A DNA stretch of 64,000 nucleotides from Candidatus Latescibacterota bacterium (lineage in GTDB: Bacteria; Latescibacterota; UBA2968; GCA-2709665), in NCBI GenBank assembly GCA_965226795.1, contig CBDDDZ010000005.1:1344001-1408000 (forward strand). The letters run 5' to 3'. The notes beneath the pieces are model-generated. The model searched no databases, had not been told where the DNA came from, and was given only the letters and a program-made list of their open reading frames with translations. This document shows, in pieces, positions 61,372-64,000 of this stretch. The position numbers and the translations under genes were made by a program. Positions within the stretch are counted from its first letter, which is position 1, and every line of letters begins with the position of its first letter.

Positions 61372-61400
61372 TTGACACCACAGGGAGATTGGGCTATCTT
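61372..61400 (+). promoter_or_regulatory. Promoter of the tRNA pair
   Basis: TTGACA-17 nt-TATCTT, 44 nt before tRNA-Arg. Confidence 0.7.
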
Positions 61401-61444
61401 TCACGTTCGAATTCCAGTAGACAGCTTTGTGCGCCGGACTTGAG

Positions 61445-61518
<74 letters not shown>

Positions 61519-61535
61519 TTTTTGTGGCAGCTTGT

Positions 61536-61613
61536 GGTGGGTGTAGCTCAGATGGTTAGAGCGCCTGGTTGTGGCCCAGGAGGTCGGGGGTTCAAGTCCC
61601 CTCACTCACCCCA
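61536..61613 (+). tRNA. tRNA-His(GUG)
   Basis: G-1, acceptor GTGGGTG/CACTCAC, anticodon arm CCTGG-TTGTGGC-CCAGG, C discriminator, encoded CCA. Confidence 0.96.
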
Positions 61614-61690
61614 TTTTTCTTCCTCTATCTCTCGCCTTTGGCTCCAAATGGAAAATGGGGCCAAGGGTTTTTTAACGTCCGTAATTTCCC

Positions 61691-63046
61691 ATGATTGCAG
61701 TTGACTCCCCTCGAAATAGGCCTTCACGGGCTATCATTATCGGCCTGGATGGAACCCCCTGTAGTCTGATAAGTCGTTTCGTTTCCGACGGCCGGATGCC
61801 AAATTTCGCCGCCCTGATGCGCAGCGGAAGCCTGGGACAAATGGATTCGGTCTTGCCTACCGTGTCGTCCGTGGCCTGGGCGTCGCTGGTAACCGGGTGC
61901 AATCCCGGTAAGCACAATATCTATGGTTTCATCGATCGCGTGCCGAAGACCCATGAAATGTACATCCCCACGTCCAGAACAATGCGCGCCAGAACCTGGA
62001 CGGAGATTTTCAGCGGGATGGGAAAGCGTGTCTTTTCCATGGGTGTACCGACTACCTATCCGCCCAGGGCGGTTAACGGCATTCTGATTTCCGGGTTTCT
62101 TGCGCCGGATCTGAACAGGGGAACCTATCCTGCCGAGGTGGCGCGTCAGCTGTCTTCAATGGGGTATCGGATTGACATCGACGCGTGGCTTGCACGGAGG
62201 GACAGGGAGCGATTTCTGGACGACGTCTTCCAGGCCATGGAACGGCGGTTCGACGTGATGTTCCACTATATGGGCCAGGAACCGTGGGATCTGTTTGTCG
62301 CCCACGTTATAGATACGGACAGGTTACACCATTTTTTGTGGGGTCTGGCTGAAGACGGCAACGAGGCGTATCTGCCCTGGTTTCACCGGTTCTATGCCCG
62401 GGTGGACCGGGCCATCGGTGAGGTGGCGGACCGGCTTAACAACGACGTCCTGCTTATGGTTATATCCGACCATGGATTCTGCAAGTTGAAGTATGAAGTA
62501 CATTTGAATTACTGGTTGCGCCAGGCTGGTTATTTGCGTTTTCCGGGTAGAACGGCCAGGGGGCTTCGCGACCTGGCGCCGGACACACGGTGTTATTCGC
62601 TTTTGCCCGGGCGTTTTTATCTTGGTTTGCGAGGTCGTGAGCGTGGGGGGTGTGTGGAGCCGGGAGCTGAATACGAGGCGCTGAGACAGGACATCGCCGA
62701 CGGTCTGATGGAAATCCGGAATCCGGTTACGGGTGAACCGGTGATCCACAGGGTCTTCAAGCGCGAGGAACTCTATGCTGGCGATGCCTTTGACCAGGCG
62801 CCGGATATGGTGGCCATGCCGGCGGAAGGGTACGATTTGAAGGGAGGCTTTGATAAGGAGGAATTGATGGAACGCGGTCCTGTAAATGGCACCCATACCT
62901 TCTCAGACGCGATGTTTTTCATCAATCACAAGGTGGATTTATCACACGGGGTTCGACTGATCGACGTGTTTCCGACGCTCTTCGACGCCGTCGGTCTGGA
63001 TGTTCCAGCCGGCGTCGACGGGAGGTCCGTCGTTGCAACCGGGTGA
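61691..63046 (+). CDS. Alkaline phosphatase superfamily protein (nucleotide pyrophosphatase/phosphodiesterase-like)
   Basis: IIGLDG, PTVSSVAWAS..TG.NPGKH.IYGF, DRLHH, ISDHGF, GTH, IDVFPT. Confidence 0.9.
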   Translation: MIAVDSPRNRPSRAIIIGLDGTPCSLISRFVSDGRMPNFAALMRSGSLGQMDSVLPTVSSVAWASLVTGCNPGKHNIYGFIDRVPKTHEMYIPTSRTMRARTWTEIFSGMGKRVFSMGVPTTYPPRAVNGILISGFLAPDLNRGTYPAEVARQLSSMGYRIDIDAWLARRDRERFLDDVFQAMERRFDVMFHYMGQEPWDLFVAHVIDTDRLHHFLWGLAEDGNEAYLPWFHRFYARVDRAIGEVADRLNNDVLLMVISDHGFCKLKYEVHLNYWLRQAGYLRFPGRTARGLRDLAPDTRCYSLLPGRFYLGLRGRERGGCVEPGAEYEALRQDIADGLMEIRNPVTGEPVIHRVFKREELYAGDAFDQAPDMVAMPAEGYDLKGGFDKEELMERGPVNGTHTFSDAMFFINHKVDLSHGVRLIDVFPTLFDAVGLDVPAGVDGRSVVATG

Positions 63047-63188
63047 ACTGAGGCGCGAGTGGACACACCAGCGGTGCTTTTGAATTAGCCGGAAGCGTGA
63101 AAGCGGCAGCGGTTTTTCGAGTGGAAGCGTGTGAGCGACTTGAAGCGGTTGCTCCAGCGGGAGCCGGGGTTTTCCTTTAGGAGGAGTT

Positions 63189-63788
63189 TTGACAGAAATA
63201 TTCCTGATTGTGGTTGGAATGGGTGTCTCGGCTGCTGTCGCCCAAGCCGATCGGGGCCATGTGCTGGACACGAGTGAAGAGAACATGAAACAAATTGCCA
63301 GCTCTCTCGGGGTACGGTGTACTCATTGCCACACTACGCGGATACCAGATGGAAAACCCGATTTCGAGGCGCCTTCTTTGTTCAAGCAGACAGCCGTCCA
63401 TATGAAGGTTCACTTTGTGGACGGGCTGAAGACAGCGGACGGAAAGACGCTGGACTGCATGTTCTGTCACCAGGGCAAAGCCCGTTTTCTTCCGCGGGAC
63501 CTTAAAGACGCCAAACCGTCCAATTTATCTGAGCGGCTGCCCCGGCGGGAGATTTTCCGGAAAATGAAAGCCATTGAGAAGGCGCTGGGGGTAAACTGTG
63601 AATTCTGCCACGTCAGGCGTGAAGACGGACGCCTTGTGCCAGAGCAGCCGACCAAACATAAGCTGATGGCGAAATTTATGATGGACCACTACGATGGATC
63701 ATTGATCACGTCAGACGGGACGACGGCCTCCTGCGTAACCTGCCACCTGGGTGGGGCGGAGTTTTTGCCCCGTTCAACCGGTGAATGA
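63189..63788 (+). CDS. Secreted tetrahaem c-type cytochrome, reaction-centre cytochrome c (PufC)-like repeats
   Basis: TTG start after AGGAGGAG; signal peptide; CTHCH, CMFCH, CEFCH, CVTCH; two repeats of MK.I...LGV.C..CH...M...C..CH.G. Confidence 0.85.
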   Translation: MTEIFLIVVGMGVSAAVAQADRGHVLDTSEENMKQIASSLGVRCTHCHTTRIPDGKPDFEAPSLFKQTAVHMKVHFVDGLKTADGKTLDCMFCHQGKARFLPRDLKDAKPSNLSERLPRREIFRKMKAIEKALGVNCEFCHVRREDGRLVPEQPTKHKLMAKFMMDHYDGSLITSDGTTASCVTCHLGGAEFLPRSTGE

Positions 63789-63807
63789 ACGCTTCGGGCC
63801 GGGACTA

Positions 63808-64000
63808 ATCGGGATAGGGGGGAGTCTTGCGACTCCGCCCCTCCCACACCACCGTGCGTACGGGTCCGTACACGGCGGTTCGACGGATTTAAGCGGTCAA
63901 GCCGGGCAGCAATGAAGGGAGCCCGAGCTTGTTGAAGAAGGCGTTGGTCAGGGCGATGGACAGCGCGGGGCTGTTGCTGAGCCGCCAGGGTCCGTGGGGG
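63808..64000 (-). mobile_element. Group II intron (bacterial class C-like), 3' end with domains V and VI; truncated by the window edge
   Basis: Minus strand reads GAACCGCCGTGTACGGACCCGTACGCACGGTGGTGTGGGAGG (short domain V, CGC triad), then a domain VI hairpin ending CTATCCCGAT. Confidence 0.92.
63889..63999 (-). CDS. ltrA: Partial CDS: C-terminus of the group II intron reverse transcriptase/maturase
   Basis: PHGPWRLSNSPALSIALTNAFFNKLGLPSLLPGLTA*, ending just before domain V, with no endonuclease domain. Confidence 0.85.
   Translation of the reverse strand, partial: PHGPWRLSNSPALSIALTNAFFNKLGLPSLLPGLTA

Noticed and set aside
63091..63150. GGAAGCGTG direct repeat (two copies, 32 nt apart) upstream of the cytochrome gene
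   Set aside because: Too short and too few copies for a CRISPR array or a defensible operator call

Overview
GC-rich bacterial chromosomal window of mostly housekeeping genes, probably from a diderm FCB-superphylum organism (inferred from a SprA homologue plus LptFG; not provable here). In order: a NitT/TauT-type ABC transporter with a LecA-like gene; a catabolic block (two glycosidase-like proteins, sugar isomerase, GGT, aminotransferase, DUF3604-like protein, SDR, GNAT, phosphohexomutase); ytfI/ytfJ-like genes plus an ATP-grasp enzyme, convergent on a CUAEP-tail radical SAM selenoprotein; a suf operon (sufBCDSUT, rrf2, an extra nuoB, nfuA) head-to-head with an 11-subunit complex I operon (nuoABCDHIJKLMN, no nuoEFG); a PqqD-like gene pair; lexA with a GAAC-N4-GTTC box; dprA, obgE, coaD, pilM-like, comEA, sprA; lptFG; M23 peptidase; HD hydrolase; nth; a beta-propeller lipoprotein and an outer-membrane barrel; tRNA-Arg and tRNA-His; an alkaline phosphatase-family enzyme; a tetrahaem cytochrome c; and the 3' end of a class C group II intron. 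The main signals missed by the ORF track are (1) two in-frame UGA codons, each followed by a SECIS-like hairpin at nearly the same spacing, one in the known radical SAM selenoprotein family and one just after the signal peptide of an outer-membrane barrel (candidate undescribed selenoprotein); (2) a 26-residue duplication in the NuoL lateral helix although only one nuoM is present; (3) a second nuoB inside the suf operon. All family assignments come from motif recognition by eye; no database search was run.
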